Below are positions 8,727-18,528 of a stretch of DNA of 64,000 nt, piece by piece. The notes beneath the pieces are model-generated. The model saw nothing but the letters and a program-made list of their open reading frames with translations. It did no database searches and was not told where the DNA came from. The translations under genes were made by a program, and so were the position numbers. The stretch spans positions 2,294,001-2,358,000 of the forward strand of contig NC_000964.3 in the NCBI RefSeq assembly GCF_000009045.1, read 5' to 3'. Positions within the stretch are counted from its first letter, which is position 1. Every line of letters begins with the position of its first letter. The stretch is from Bacillus subtilis subsp. subtilis str. 168. GTDB lineage: Bacteria > Bacillota > Bacilli > Bacillales > Bacillaceae.

Positions 8727-9860
8727 TTATTCGCCTTTTTTTCTGCTTTCCGTCATTTGTTTCCAAACAGAACCTTTTGCTTCTTCTCCATGCTCAATAC
8801 GTTCAAGCGCCATTTTGACTTGAAGGCTGACCTCAAATTCGGGGTCATCTTCGGCAGCGCGCAAAGCTTCAATTGCACTTTCATCGCCGACTTCGTACAG
8901 GAACATGGCGGCACGCCAGCGAACAAGCTTGCTGGAGTCGCTTAATGACTTGATCATAGCAGGAATGGCTTGAGGATCGCCGATATCAGACAGGCAGTCT
9001 CCGGCCGTTCTTCTGACTGATACAGCTTTGTCCTCAAGTGCTTTATACAATAGAGGAAGAACATCAGGTGTTTCAATCATTCCTAAGTACACAACAGCCT
9101 GTCTTCTGATGGACACCTTTGGATCATCCAATGCCTTCTGTAAAACCGGGATATCCTCTTCTTTCGGATCCATCTGTTCCAAGTGTGCATAACGCTTTTT
9201 CCAGTCCTCATCATCCAGCATATCAAGCGTTACTTTATACGCTTTGCGCTGTACAGCTTGTTTTGCTTCGCCCTTTCCTTGAGCGGCTGCTTCAGTCAGT
9301 CGTTTCAGCCGTTCATCACTGTATGCCGCTTGAAGCTCTTCTGTCACATCATGGCCGATTTCATCAAAGTCACCGAATCTGACACCTTGTTCTTTCCAAG
9401 CCCGCTCAAACACAACATTGGAAGCTTCAGATCTAAGTTTTAAGATCGCCTGCTGAAAGCGTTCAGGTAAGCCGAAGCGTTCTTCCCGCTCTCCATCGGT
9501 TAATTTAACTTGCATAGGAATGCCGCTGAACATCTGCACAAAAACTTTTACCTCTCCAAAAGATTCTTGATCAGAACGATTTTCTTCTGCGCTTTCAGCA
9601 CTTTCCATCCCAAATGCAGTGCGGACTTGCGGTAAAATGTCTTTCCAGTCGTATCTTGCATTCCGTTCAACAGCAAGAAAATCTGCGACGTGATATACCC
9701 CTTTAACTCCATCTATTTTAAGGATTTCCGCTATAACAAGCGGTGCGCCTTCTGCTTGCTCAGGTTTATAGTTATTGCTTTTGCCCGCCGGAAGCTCTTC
9801 CGTTAAGATGACTTTCATTGTATTCGGGCTTGGTGTAGGTTCAATTGATTTTATCTTCAT
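8727..9860 (-). CDS. ypgR: Nfu N-terminal-like domain + middle domain + HEAT (PBS-lyase type) repeats; CvfC-like
   Basis: SIEPTPSPNTMK N-terminus; repeated L..AL.D....VRR.A units at the C-terminus. Confidence 0.85.
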   Translation of the reverse strand: MKIKSIEPTPSPNTMKVILTEELPAGKSNNYKPEQAEGAPLVIAEILKIDGVKGVYHVADFLAVERNARYDWKDILPQVRTAFGMESAESAEENRSDQESFGEVKVFVQMFSGIPMQVKLTDGEREERFGLPERFQQAILKLRSEASNVVFERAWKEQGVRFGDFDEIGHDVTEELQAAYSDERLKRLTEAAAQGKGEAKQAVQRKAYKVTLDMLDDEDWKKRYAHLEQMDPKEEDIPVLQKALDDPKVSIRRQAVVYLGMIETPDVLPLLYKALEDKAVSVRRTAGDCLSDIGDPQAIPAMIKSLSDSSKLVRWRAAMFLYEVGDESAIEALRAAEDDPEFEVSLQVKMALERIEHGEEAKGSVWKQMTESRKKGE

Positions 9861-9919
9861 GATCGTCCTCCTATAGCATATCTGTGACTTATTCTATCAT
9901 AGTCGCTCCAAGCCTTCTA

Positions 9920-10537
9920 TTACGACGTTTCGGCATCAATCCCGGGTATGTCTTTTTCTAATTGGCGGACAAATTGAAGCATAAAATTGTGTCTTTCTTC
10001 TGCCAGTTCCCGTGCAGTGTCTGTATTCATCATATCTTTCAGCCGCAGCAGCTTATGAAAAAAATGAGCGTAGGCGCTTTGCTCATCTCCATAAAGGCCA
10101 TGCCCTTTTGCGCCCGCAAACATGAAAGCTCTCGCAATGCCGACAGCACCAATCGCATCAAGTCTGTCAGCATCCTGTACAGCTTTTCCTTCAATTGAGA
10201 GCGGCTCCTTCGCCAATTTCCCCCTGTCCCGAAAGGACATCCTTGTTATAATATGAATCACCCTGTCAGCATTCTCTTTTCCTACTCCGAAAAAAACGAG
10301 CTGATCATATACTTCGCTCACAGAAAGCCTGACCGTGTCAGGCAGCTTCACATCAATTAAATCATGAACCAAAGCCGCCGTTTCAACAATGAACAAATCC
10401 GCTTTTTCCTTTTCTCCAATATACGCTGCAAGATCTGCTACTCTTGATACATGATGCCAGTCATGTCCAGAGCTTTCGTCAGTCAGGATAGATTGAACCC
10501 ATGTCCTGATTTGCTCTGCCTGCTTCAATTCCTTCAC
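9920..10537 (-). CDS. ypgQ: HD-domain metal-dependent hydrolase
   Basis: GHDWHH..RV, LVHD, QDADRLDAIG. Confidence 0.9.
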   Translation of the reverse strand: MKELKQAEQIRTWVQSILTDESSGHDWHHVSRVADLAAYIGEKEKADLFIVETAALVHDLIDVKLPDTVRLSVSEVYDQLVFFGVGKENADRVIHIITRMSFRDRGKLAKEPLSIEGKAVQDADRLDAIGAVGIARAFMFAGAKGHGLYGDEQSAYAHFFHKLLRLKDMMNTDTARELAEERHNFMLQFVRQLEKDIPGIDAETS

Positions 10538-10552
10538 AAAAACACCCTCTTT

Positions 10553-11035
10553 TTATTGCTCTAATAGCTTCACGATATCGTCTTCCAACTCTTTCGGATT
10601 TGTATTTGGTGAATAACGGCCAACGATTTCTCCATTTCTATCCACTATAAATTTCGTGAAATTCCACTTGATCGCCTTAGTTCCCAGCATCCCTTTCGCA
10701 TGTTCTGTCAAATACACAAACAGCGGGTGGGCGTTTTTCCCGTTTACATCCACTTTTGAAAACATAGGAAATGTAACACCGTAATTTGTTTCACAAAATT
10801 CCTGTATGTCAGCCTCTTCACCAGGCTCTTGGTTCATGAATTGATTGCAGGGGAACCCTAAGATCTCCAGCCCCTCCTGCTGATATGTATCATATAATTC
10901 CTGCAGCTGCTTCAATTGGGAAGTAAAACCGCACTTACTTGCTGTATTCACGATCATCAGTACCTTTCCCGCGAAAGGCTGAAGTGTCATGTCTTTCCCT
11001 GTGATTGTACGTACCTTCATATGATAAATAGACAT
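10553..11035 (-). CDS. bsaA: Glutathione peroxidase-family peroxidase (Cys type)
   Basis: NTASKCGFT, GFPCNQF, IKWNFTKF; start after AGGAGG. Confidence 0.95.
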   Translation of the reverse strand: MSIYHMKVRTITGKDMTLQPFAGKVLMIVNTASKCGFTSQLKQLQELYDTYQQEGLEILGFPCNQFMNQEPGEEADIQEFCETNYGVTFPMFSKVDVNGKNAHPLFVYLTEHAKGMLGTKAIKWNFTKFIVDRNGEIVGRYSPNTNPKELEDDIVKLLEQ

Positions 11036-11311
11036 GTAAGTCCCTCCTATGTCCTTGGTGCTGATTATTTTACCTTTTTTAAATCGCAATTCAAAATGTA
11101 AACATCAATTAAGAACTCATAAGAAACCTAACGATATGAGCGTCAGTTCATTATCAATTCATATGGCTCGTTTTTTATCTTATCATTCTATAAAACATTA
11201 CAATTCCCTCTTACATCTTTGAAAATCATTTTACTGTGAAACCAAAAGGCGTGTCAGTGCGTTTTATTTAAAGAGTTTTCTGTTGTTTCCCCCTCAACAC
11301 GTATAGATAGA

Positions 11312-11340
11312 TTGAAAATTGGCGTGAAAATTCCTATAAT
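11312..11340 (+). promoter_or_regulatory. metA SigA promoter
   Basis: TTGAAA(11312-17)-17-TATAAT(11335-40). Confidence 0.8.
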
Positions 11341-11377
11341 GAAGAAAATTAAACGGGGAAATAATGGAGGTGGCACG

Positions 11378-12283
11378 TTGCCTATTAATATACCAACACA
11401 CCTGCCGGCAAAACAGGTGCTTGAAAGTGAACATATATTTGTAATGGATGAAAGCAGAGCATTTCATCAGGATATCCGGCCGCAAAAAATTATTATATTA
11501 AATTTGATGCCGAAAAAAATCCAAACAGAGACTCAGCTTCTCAGATTGCTTGGAAATTCGCCTTTACAGGTTCATTTCACATTTTTAATCCCAAGCACAC
11601 ACACGCCGAAAAATACTGCGAGAGAACACCTTGACGAATTTTACACGACTTTTTCCAATATCCGTCACAAGAGGTTTGACGGCATGATTATCACCGGTGC
11701 GCCGATCGAGCATTTGGCGTTTGAAGAGGTTTCATATTGGGAAGAGCTCAAGGAAATCATGGAGTGGAGCAAAACAAATGTCACTTCAACCTTGCATATT
11801 TGCTGGGGTGCTCAAGCAGGTTTGTATTACCATTACGGTGTGGAAAAAATTCAAATGCCGAAAAAAATCTTCGGTGTGTTCGAACATACCGTTCTTTCAA
11901 AACACGAAAGATTGGTAAGAGGTTTTGACGAGCTATACTACGTGCCGCATTCCCGGCATACAGATATAAATATGGAACAGCTTCAAGCAGTGCCCGAGTT
12001 AAACATTCTTACCGCATCAAAGGAAGCCGGGGTTTGCTTAATTGTGTCTAAAGACGAAAAACAAGTCTTTTTGACAGGGCACCCTGAATATGATACAAAT
12101 ACGCTTCTTCAAGAGTATGAAAGAGATTTGGAACGAAACCTTTCTACTGTCGAGGCCCCTAAACATTATTTTGCAAAAGGCAGCAACGAGCCAGTGAATC
12201 GCTGGAAAGCGCATGCCACATTATTGTTTATGAATTGGCTGAATTATTACGTTTACCAAGAAACTCCTTATGAATGGGACTAA
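11378..12283 (+). CDS. metA: Homoserine O-acetyltransferase (MetA family)
   Basis: ILNLMP, IITGAP, ICWGAQA, TGHPEY; TTG start after GGAGGTG. Confidence 0.95.
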   Translation: MPINIPTHLPAKQVLESEHIFVMDESRAFHQDIRPQKIIILNLMPKKIQTETQLLRLLGNSPLQVHFTFLIPSTHTPKNTAREHLDEFYTTFSNIRHKRFDGMIITGAPIEHLAFEEVSYWEELKEIMEWSKTNVTSTLHICWGAQAGLYYHYGVEKIQMPKKIFGVFEHTVLSKHERLVRGFDELYYVPHSRHTDINMEQLQAVPELNILTASKEAGVCLIVSKDEKQVFLTGHPEYDTNTLLQEYERDLERNLSTVEAPKHYFAKGSNEPVNRWKAHATLLFMNWLNYYVYQETPYEWD

Positions 12284-12513
12284 TTTTTCTTTTTTTAGTG
12301 ATACGCTGAGCAAAAAATATGATAAAATACATCTGATTCAGTCTGCGTATAACAAAAATTTAAAATACTGGAATCCAAATCATTTAAAATTAGCTTAACT
12401 TTTTCACTGCATTAATAATTCGATTATGTATTTGTGTTATGTTTATGTATAGACAATAACTCCTTACGATGCATGAAGCTTGCTTGTTGTTGATTACATT
12501 GAGGTGAATTTAC

Positions 12514-13662
12514 TTGAATACCAATAAAAGAGTATTAATTTTGACTGCAAATTACGGAAATGGACATGTGCAGGTAGCCAAAACACTTTATGAACAATGT
12601 GTACGGCTCGGCTTTCAGCATGTAACAGTTTCTAATTTGTACCAAGAGTCAAATCCGATTGTTTCAGAGGTAACTCAATACCTTTATTTAAAAAGCTTCT
12701 CAATCGGGAAACAGTTTTATCGTTTGTTTTATTACGGAGTTGACAAAATCTATAATAAACGTAAATTCAATATTTACTTTAAAATGGGTAATAAAAGATT
12801 GGGCGAACTTGTCGATGAACATCAGCCCGATATTATTATTAATACATTTCCGATGATCGTCGTGCCGGAATACAGACGCCGAACTGGAAGAGTCATTCCT
12901 ACCTTCAACGTTATGACTGATTTTTGTCTTCATAAAATTTGGGTTCACGAAAACGTGGATAAATATTATGTGGCGACAGATTACGTGAAGGAAAAACTGC
13001 TGGAGATCGGCACTCATCCAAGCAATGTAAAAATCACAGGAATTCCAATCAGGCCGCAATTTGAAGAATCCATGCCTGTTGGCCCGATATATAAAAAGTA
13101 CAATCTTTCACCAAACAAAAAAGTGCTTCTGATCATGGCAGGTGCTCACGGTGTATTAAAGAACGTAAAAGAGCTGTGCGAAAACCTTGTCAAGGATGAC
13201 CAAGTGCAAGTAGTTGTCGTGTGCGGGAAAAATACGGCTTTAAAAGAATCTTTGAGTGCGCTTGAAGCGGAAAATGGTGACAAATTAAAAGTTCTGGGCT
13301 ATGTGGAGCGCATTGATGAGCTATTTCGGATCACAGATTGCATGATTACCAAGCCCGGCGGCATTACTTTGACAGAAGCCACAGCCATTGGAGTGCCTGT
13401 CATTCTGTACAAACCCGTGCCTGGCCAGGAAAAAGAAAATGCAAACTTCTTTGAAGACCGCGGAGCTGCCATCGTTGTGAACCGTCATGAAGAGATTCTC
13501 GAGTCAGTCACTTCCCTTCTTGCAGATGAAGATACCTTGCATCGCATGAAGAAAAACATTAAGGACCTTCATTTAGCAAACTCCTCTGAAGTGATTTTAG
13601 AGGATATCCTGAAGGAATCAGAAATGATGACCGCCAAACAAAAAGCCAAAGTGCTATCGTAA
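12514..13662 (+). CDS. ugtP: Processive diacylglycerol glucosyltransferase
   Basis: GNGH, TKPGGITLTEA, PGQEKEN (GT28/MGDG synthase motifs). Confidence 0.95.
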   Translation: MNTNKRVLILTANYGNGHVQVAKTLYEQCVRLGFQHVTVSNLYQESNPIVSEVTQYLYLKSFSIGKQFYRLFYYGVDKIYNKRKFNIYFKMGNKRLGELVDEHQPDIIINTFPMIVVPEYRRRTGRVIPTFNVMTDFCLHKIWVHENVDKYYVATDYVKEKLLEIGTHPSNVKITGIPIRPQFEESMPVGPIYKKYNLSPNKKVLLIMAGAHGVLKNVKELCENLVKDDQVQVVVVCGKNTALKESLSALEAENGDKLKVLGYVERIDELFRITDCMITKPGGITLTEATAIGVPVILYKPVPGQEKENANFFEDRGAAIVVNRHEEILESVTSLLADEDTLHRMKKNIKDLHLANSSEVILEDILKESEMMTAKQKAKVLS

Positions 13663-13784
13663 TGGCGTACTTGAGAGCATACGAAAATCGTGTGCTCTTT
13701 TTATTTATATTCAGCCATCAATAAAAGCGGTTACATTTTTTTATGGAACTTGCCCTTCTTTTGAAAAATAAGCCGTTTCGCAAC

Positions 13785-13813
13785 TTGACGGGTGCTCCCA
13801 GATGGTGTATAGT
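13785..13813 (+). promoter_or_regulatory. cspD SigA promoter
   Basis: TTGACG-17-TATAGT with TG just upstream of the -10. Confidence 0.85.
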
Positions 13814-13904
13814 TGAACCATCATTTAACAATGAATCAAAGTTAGATGATGACAAAATTTTTTTTAGCACATGGGTGCTACAGTACTAGGAGGAATTAAG
13901 CAAT

Positions 13905-14105
13905 ATGCAAAACGGTAAAGTAAAATGGTTCAACAACGAAAAAGGATTCGGCTTCATTGAAGTTGAAGGCGGAGACGATGTATTTGTTCACTTCACAGCT
14001 ATCGAAGGAGATGGATACAAATCATTAGAAGAAGGACAAGAAGTTTCTTTTGAAATTGTCGAAGGTAATCGTGGACCTCAAGCTTCTAATGTTGTAAAAC
14101 TCTAA
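13905..14105 (+). CDS. cspD: Cold-shock protein D
   Basis: RNP1 KGFGFI, RNP2 VFVHF; AGGAGG RBS. Confidence 0.97.
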   Translation: MQNGKVKWFNNEKGFGFIEVEGGDDVFVHFTAIEGDGYKSLEEGQEVSFEIVEGNRGPQASNVVKL

Positions 14106-14130
14106 ACTCAATACATGATGATGAGATGAC

Positions 14131-14163
14131 AAATAGAGGAGAGGCATTCGCCTCTCCTATTTG
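14131..14163. terminator. Bidirectional terminator cspD/degR
   Basis: GGAGAGGC-ATTC-GCCTCTCC stem with A/T flanks. Confidence 0.8.
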
Positions 14164-14339
14164 ATTTTCATCTGGATTTCAATCGCCAAAATGTTTTGTT
14201 TACACCTCTGTTCAATCTCTTCAACATACTTTTCCATTGATGGTTTTCCTTTTTTCGCGATATCGGCCAGTTCTTCTAAATCACTGTATATTTCTATAAA
14301 TGTTTTGTGAAGGATCAACTTCAAGTCTTTATCATCCAT
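14157..14339 (-). CDS. degR: Degradative enzyme activator DegR
   Basis: 60-aa MDDKDLKLILHKTFIEIYSDLEEL recognised. Confidence 0.9.
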   Translation of the reverse strand: MDDKDLKLILHKTFIEIYSDLEELADIAKKGKPSMEKYVEEIEQRCKQNILAIEIQMKIK

Positions 14340-14410
14340 AGCTGCGTTCCCCTTCTCTATCAAGATACCTCAAATAGTAAAACGGTCCTATTTATTCTGG
14401 TTCAATAGTT

Positions 14411-14418
14411 ATATCGGC
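14411..14418 (-). promoter_or_regulatory. SigD -10 element of degR
   Basis: GCCGATAT exact SigD -10 consensus on the minus strand. Confidence 0.75.
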
Positions 14419-14494
14419 TTATTTTTATTTTCTTTTCTATTTTGGTACATAAATTTCAAAAAAACTCTGCAAAATAATGGCGGAGGTGTTTTTT

Positions 14495-14764
14495 GTGACT
14501 TCAGAATTTCATAATGAGGATCAGACCGGCTTTACGGATAAGCGGCAGCTGGAACTAGCGGTGGAAACAGCGCAGAAAACAACAGGAGCCGCGACGAGAG
14601 GCCAAAGCAAAACATTAGTCGACTCTGCATACCAAGCCATTGAGGATGCTAGAGAACTGTCACAATCTGAAGAGCTGGCAGCTCTCGATGATCCTGAATT
14701 TGTAAAGCAGCAACAGCAGCTGCTAGATGACAGCGAGCATCAGCTGGATGAATTCAAAGAATAA
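14495..14764 (+). CDS. ypzA: Small acidic protein (sporulation associated)
   Basis: GTG start after GGAGGTG; terminator at 14763-14790. Confidence 0.75.
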   Translation: MTSEFHNEDQTGFTDKRQLELAVETAQKTTGAATRGQSKTLVDSAYQAIEDARELSQSEELAALDDPEFVKQQQQLLDDSEHQLDEFKE

Positions 14765-14791
14765 AAACCGCAGCTTCTGCGGTTTTTATTT

Positions 14792-14974
14792 TTAGTGATT
14801 GGTTAAGACATCTCCGTATTGTTTCAACTTTTCACCAACCGTACATTTATTGATACAAAATGAATGCGCATAAGTTTTGCCAAATTCTTTGCGAAACTGC
14901 TTCTTAATAAAACAGTCCTTGCAATATTCATCGTGCAGTTCTGTCAGTTCTTTAAAGATCATTTTCTTATCCAA
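14792..14974 (-). CDS. ypeQ: Small putative zinc-finger protein
   Basis: CKDC...HSFCINKC cysteine pattern; overlaps the ypeP stop. Confidence 0.75.
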   Translation of the reverse strand: MDKKMIFKELTELHDEYCKDCFIKKQFRKEFGKTYAHSFCINKCTVGEKLKQYGDVLTNH

Positions 14975-15647
14975 TATCGTCATCTCCGTTACGGTCTAAT
15001 TTCGTGTGGCTTTCTACGAATTGATGGGATAGAATTTTTTTAGCGAGGCCGTCAGCTTCCTGATTGTCTTTTCGTTGTATTGTTTCGTAGGTTGGAGTAA
15101 GCTTCAGCGATTCAAGGAGTGCTTCTATTTTGTCCAGCCATTCATTATGAGATGGATCATAACAAGGCCAGCTGCCGTCAAGCTGATTCAGCACAACAAG
15201 CGAGTCCCCTTTGATTGTAATTGAATTTCTGCTTGCCCCAAGCTCTCTTACTTCTCTTATTGCTTCATAAAGCGCTGCGTATTCAGCTTCATTATTGGTT
15301 TTCAGCCGGAAGCTTTTATTTTTTCTCAAGCGATGCCGGGTTCCTCCCAATGAATAATAGATGACGATCCCGAGACCGGCCAGTTCGCTCTCTTTATCGA
15401 AACTGCCGTCAAAATAAACAGTAATGTCATCAGGCTCTTGAGCAAGCTCCTCTGTCAGCTTTTCCAATTCCTTCAGCGTCCAGCTGCCGCCTTTCTCGTC
15501 TTCGAACTCTAGCTCCTTCATGTATGGAAAACGGCCAAGTTCTCTGGCGAACGTACGTGCCTGCTGTGCTGTCAGCCAGTCTTCGCTAAAAAATGAGACG
15601 GATCCCGTTCCTTTTGCTTCTATTTTCAAATGCGGTCTGAGCTTCAT
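14967..15647 (-). CDS. ypeP: RNase H-fold protein with N-terminal extension
   Basis: YFDGS, NNEAEY, KGDS, NQEADGLA acidic tetrad. Confidence 0.9.
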   Translation of the reverse strand: MKLRPHLKIEAKGTGSVSFFSEDWLTAQQARTFARELGRFPYMKELEFEDEKGGSWTLKELEKLTEELAQEPDDITVYFDGSFDKESELAGLGIVIYYSLGGTRHRLRKNKSFRLKTNNEAEYAALYEAIREVRELGASRNSITIKGDSLVVLNQLDGSWPCYDPSHNEWLDKIEALLESLKLTPTYETIQRKDNQEADGLAKKILSHQFVESHTKLDRNGDDDIG

Positions 15648-15729
15648 TACAATCACCTTACCATTCATTAGTTGCCGGGCTTATGCTATAATCAAACCAA
15701 TCTTACCCCGGAAAGGAAGCTTTTTCATC

Positions 15730-16419
15730 TTGTTTAATAATTCGTTTTGGATCTTTTTTGCGATCATTCATTTTATCATTGTTCTTTTATTTTATAAAGG
15801 ATTTGGCAAAATGGGACTGTTTGTTTGGATCGGTTTTGCGACAGTCTGCGCCAACCTCCAAGTCGTCAAAACAGTCGAACTGTTTGGCTTAACAGCGACA
15901 CTCGGGAATGTGATGTATGGCACAATCTTTTTTGCGACAGATGTGCTGAATGAAAAATACGGACCAGCTGAAGCCAGAAAAGCGGTATGGCTCGGATTCT
16001 CAACGCTCCTGACGCTGACATTTGTCATGCAGGGCGTGCTGCTTTTCGAACCGGCTTCCAGCGACATATCACAAACAGCGCTGGAAACGATCTTCGGATT
16101 CCTTCCGCGAGTTGCGTTAGGAAGTCTGCTTGCCTTTATCTTCAGCCAAACGCTGGATGTTTATGTATATTCGGCAATTAGAAGGATATTTCCTTCTGAT
16201 CGGCTTTTATGGCTCAGAAACGGCGGCAGTACAGCAGTCAGCCAGTTGTTTGATACATTCATATTCACTGCAGTCGCCTTTCTCGGCATTTATCCGGCAG
16301 ACGTGTGGCTTCATATTTTTATTTCTACATATTTGATTAAGTTTGCGGTATCTTTAATTTCATTGCCTTATGCCTATGCAGCCAAAAAAATGATACCTAA
16401 TGATGAAAGGAGTTCATAA
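15730..16419 (+). CDS. ypdP: Queuosine precursor transporter family (YhhQ/VUT) membrane protein
   Basis: [36 protein letters not shown]; TTG start; TGcTATAAT at 15684-92. Confidence 0.85.
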
Positions 16420-16817
16420 TGCCTACAGAAATATATGTAGACGGCGCAAGCGCCGGTAATCCAGGGCCTTCCGGTATCGGCATTTTTATCAAACATGAGG
16501 GAAAAGCAGAATCTTTCTCTATTCCAATCGGAGTGCATACAAACCAGGAAGCGGAATTTCTTGCATTAATTGAAGGGATGAAGCTATGTGCAACGCGCGG
16601 GTATCAATCAGTTTCCTTTCGAACCGATTCAGATATTGTGGAACGCGCCACTGAGCTTGAAATGGTTAAAAATATAACGTTTCAACCGTTTGTAGAAGAG
16701 ATCATCCGATTAAAAGCGGCATTCCCTCTTTTTTTCATCAAATGGATACCGGGCAAGCAAAACCAAAAAGCCGATCTTCTGGCAAAAGAAGCGATTCGGC
16801 TGAATGAAAAGAATTAA
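16419..16817 (+). CDS. ypdQ: RNase HI-like protein
   Basis: [29 protein letters not shown]; TAATG overlap with ypdP. Confidence 0.9.
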
Positions 16818-16858
16818 ATCTTGATCATTGGTTCATCCTAATGGCGAGGTGAACTAAC

Positions 16859-16987
16859 ATGAAAAAGAAAGATAAAGGCCGGCTGACCGGCGGTGTTACT
16901 CCGCAAGGCGACCTGGAAGGCAATACACATAATGACCCTAAAACAGAGCTTGAGGAGAGAGCAAAAAAAAGCAATACAAAACGCTAG
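16859..16987 (+). CDS. sspL: Small acid-soluble spore protein L (42 aa; missed by ORF track)
   Basis: MKKKDKGRLTGGVTPQGDLEG...; GAGGTG RBS; SigG-like GAATT-18-CATCCTA upstream. Confidence 0.9.
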   Translation: MKKKDKGRLTGGVTPQGDLEGNTHNDPKTELEERAKKSNTKR

Positions 16988-16994
16988 AGAGGAT

Positions 16995-17885
16995 CTAAAC
17001 GATCTCTCTAGCGTTCAGCTTTTCAAGCATACGCTCAATTCCTTTAATTTGGTGGCGGCGAAGCATGTCAGCCGCCTGCTCCATTTGCAAAGTAAATAAA
17101 GCGTCTTTCAGTGTGCAGGCCAGCGGCACTGAGCAATGGATTTCCGCAAGCTTCCTCGACATCTCCAAATCGCTTAAACCTTGCTGAATTTTTCCCTGCT
17201 GTCCTTTTGGAAGAAGAGAAAGATTTTCCAATAAACGGTCAATCGTTTCGTATTCACGAATCAGTTTGTAGGCTGTTTTTTCTCCAATGCCTTTGACTCC
17301 GGGATAGTTATCACTGGAATCACCCATAAGCGCTTTAATATCAATCAAAGCCTTCGGCATTACGCCTGTTTCTTCATAAAAAGTCTCTTTTGTATAGACT
17401 TTATAATTTCCGATTCCTTTTTGAAGCAAAGCAACGCTTACTTTATCCGTTAACAGCTGAAGTAAATCTCTGTCCCCTGTTACCACCGTAATGTCCGCTT
17501 CATTCGCAAATAAATCGGCAAGAGTACCGATACAGTCATCCGCTTCATAGCCGGCAAAGCCAATATTCATGATTCCAAGCTCTGCGGCTGCTTCCTTTGC
17601 CAAATCAAACTGCGGAATCAGCTCCACAGGCGGCGCGCTGCGGTTGGCCTTATAATCTTGGAACAAGTCATTTCGGTACGTTTTGCTCCCCATGTCCCAG
17701 CAGCAGACGACGTGTGTCGGCTGGAATGTTTCCACAGCTGTAATCAAATGCTTTAAAAAGCCGTTGACGCCGTTCGTCGGCACCCCGCTGTCATTTATCA
17801 TAAAGTTGCGATGTACGGCCGTGGCAAAAAAGGCCCGGAATAAAAGAGCCATGCCGTCAACCAGCAATAGTTTATTATTATTCAT
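16995..17885 (-). CDS. ypcP: Stand-alone 5'-3' exonuclease / flap endonuclease (YpcP, FenA)
   Basis: LLVDGMAL, YKANR, YEADD, GDRDLLQL, GDSSDNYPGVKGIGEKTA; no polymerase domain. Confidence 0.93.
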   Translation of the reverse strand: MNNNKLLLVDGMALLFRAFFATAVHRNFMINDSGVPTNGVNGFLKHLITAVETFQPTHVVCCWDMGSKTYRNDLFQDYKANRSAPPVELIPQFDLAKEAAAELGIMNIGFAGYEADDCIGTLADLFANEADITVVTGDRDLLQLLTDKVSVALLQKGIGNYKVYTKETFYEETGVMPKALIDIKALMGDSSDNYPGVKGIGEKTAYKLIREYETIDRLLENLSLLPKGQQGKIQQGLSDLEMSRKLAEIHCSVPLACTLKDALFTLQMEQAADMLRRHQIKGIERMLEKLNAREIV

Positions 17886-17985
17886 CAAATAACTCCCTTT
17901 TCTTTCATTCCTTCTATTTTATCATAAAGCAGCCCAAAAATAAAAAACAGTATCTCTTTAATTAGAGATACTGTTTGAATATTTA

Positions 17986-18132
17986 TCAATCGTTGTGTCT
18001 TTTGTTGCTGGCGATCAGCTTTTCAGCTTCGCGTCCTGCGTAAGAGTCAAAATGGGTTTGAAATCCGTTTTTCTTTTTGGCGTTGTTATTCGCCTGTGCA
18101 TTTCTGTTTCCGAGCTTTGTTCTGCCCAACAT
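17986..18132 (-). CDS. ypzF: Small basic protein (48 aa)
   Basis: AAGGGGG RBS before ATG 18132; terminator at about 17945-17975. Confidence 0.7.
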   Translation of the reverse strand: MLGRTKLGNRNAQANNNAKKKNGFQTHFDSYAGREAEKLIASNKRHND

Positions 18133-18206
18133 GAATCCCCCCTTACGTCGGATGCATATAGTATATGCTTCCGGCAGGAGGTTCACTCGCGACAGGATCA
18201 TCCAGC

Positions 18207-18464
18207 TTACATGCGGCTTACGTATTCTCTGACCATTTCTTTTGATACAAGCCGTCTTGTCGGGACGATGCCTTTTTTAGCGAGCTGATTCATTTGCTCG
18301 GTAATTTCATTAATTGCATCTGTAGTATAAGGCTCATCGTTTCTGCATTTAGCAACAGCTTCTTCAATCGCCAATTCACGCATATTTTCAAGACGCATAA
18401 ATGCTTTGATATGCTCGTGCTGTTTTGATGAATGTGCTGAAATTGCTTTATGTACCTCTGACAT
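18207..18464 (-). CDS. ypbS: Conserved small protein (DUF2533-like)
   Basis: MSEVHKAISAH start; downstream of dynA. Confidence 0.75.
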   Translation of the reverse strand: MSEVHKAISAHSSKQHEHIKAFMRLENMRELAIEEAVAKCRNDEPYTTDAINEITEQMNQLAKKGIVPTRRLVSKEMVREYVSRM

Positions 18465-18528
18465 TAATCGTTCATCTCGCTTTTTTCTATTTAGTCTATC
18501 ATGACTTGAAATACAAGCCAACTGAATT

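Noticed and set aside
11136-11222. 28-codon ORF in the bsaA-metA intergenic region
   Set aside because: No RBS and no distinctive composition
11341-11377. S-box upstream of metA
   Set aside because: The promoter leaves a leader of about 30 nt, too short, with no S-box motifs
15648-15729. preQ1 riboswitch upstream of ypdP
   Set aside because: The predicted leader is about 30 nt and lacks the AGAGGUUCUAG..CCCUC..AAAAAACUA pattern
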